From Mobula hypostoma (taxonomy: Eukaryota): a stretch of 64,000 nucleotides of DNA. Made by a program: the position numbers and the translations under genes. The stretch spans positions 101,000,001 to 101,064,000 of the forward strand of contig NC_086107.1 of NCBI RefSeq assembly GCF_963921235.1, given 5' to 3'. The notes under the pieces were generated by a model, which did not search any database, was not told where the DNA came from, and saw nothing but the letters and a program-made list of their open reading frames with translations. This document shows, piece after piece, positions 63,141 to 64,000 of the stretch (its first letter is position 1; each line of letters begins with the position of its first letter).

Positions 63141-63652
63141 GCCCCCAAGAGTTCCTTTATCTTGAGTTGTCTAATCTATTCTGGTTCGTCATCCATCATT
63201 TAGGAACCCCATCACCCAGGAGAAGCCTTCTCCTCATTGCTGCCAGCAGGAACCTGAAGACACACTCTCAAAATTTTAGGAACAGCTTCTTCCACTCCTC
63301 CATCAGATTTCTGTATGCATAATAAACACTACCTCACCTTTTGCTCTCTTCCTGCACTATGTTTTTAATATTTGTAGTTGTAACATAACAATAAGGGTCT
63401 CGGCCCGAAACATCAACTGTACCTCTTCCTAGAGATGCTGCCTGGCCTGCTGCGTTCACCAGCAACGTTGATATGTGTTGTCCATGGAGGGGAAGTTGGT
63501 TTCTGTGTTGGACCAGACTGTGTTCATATCTCACTGCAATTTCTTGTGGTCTGAGGCATAGCAGTCGCCTTACCAAGCTGTGATGCATCCGGACACGATG
63601 CTTTCTATAAAACGATCTTAAGAACTCTTCTCTGCCTCTCATTCCTTAACAG

Positions 63653-63736
63653 GCTGAGAGAGGTTTACCTAATAGGTACATCTCCAACTCGCTGAACAGA
63701 GATGTCCGTCAGCAGGGGACCGAAAAGGACAAGAAG
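63653..63736 (+). CDS. Predicted internal exon AERGLPNRYISNSLNRDVRQQGTEKDKK
   Basis: Long pyrimidine tract ending ccttaacag, donor gtaaag, 84 nt. ERGL..R....S..R/K-DV is shared with 60423. Confidence 0.82.
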
Positions 63737-64000
63737 GTAAAGCGGGTTTTAGAGTGTGAGTTGATGACGGCACTCCCCTCTGAAGGTGCTGCTCCTGTGC
63801 CCCAGGGGCAGGGTTTTCTGGGGGAATCCTGGGAGGTTGATATGAATGTCTATGGGTGCACATGTTGGGATGGTTGGTAGATAGGTAGATACTTTATTGA
63901 TCCCAAAGGAAATTACAGTGACACAGTAGCATTACAAGTGCACAGGTATAAATATTGGAAGAGAAGTAGGAAGAATAAAAAATAAGTTACCACAAACAGT

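Overview
Eukaryotic genomic DNA, mostly old and young transposon fragments: CR1, Rex1/Babar and L2 LINEs, tRNA/V/Deu SINEs, Tc1 and hAT. The repeat landscape suggests a cartilaginous fish such as a ray (inference). Most entries in the ORF track are repeat debris. Two things stand out. (1) A Penelope-like element (PLE) family with a Neptune-type Cys linker and GIY-YIG endonuclease. Its terminal repeat carries a minimal type I hammerhead ribozyme (AGUC-CUGAYGA-A-GGGU-loop-GCCY-GAAA-CG-UC-GACU). I count about 20 copies or remnants, as a long decayed copy, two large fold-back insertions, and several 85-240 bp terminal-module mini-elements, most with 12-15 bp TSDs. All four fully intact ribozymes are on the minus strand. 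(2) Between the repeats lies a plus-strand gene the ORF track does not assemble. It has about 13 short (60-84 nt) phase 0-0 exons encoding divergent homologous 20-28 aa repeats, plus several dead copies. I cannot assign this protein to a known gene. All calls were made by eye; no searches were run.
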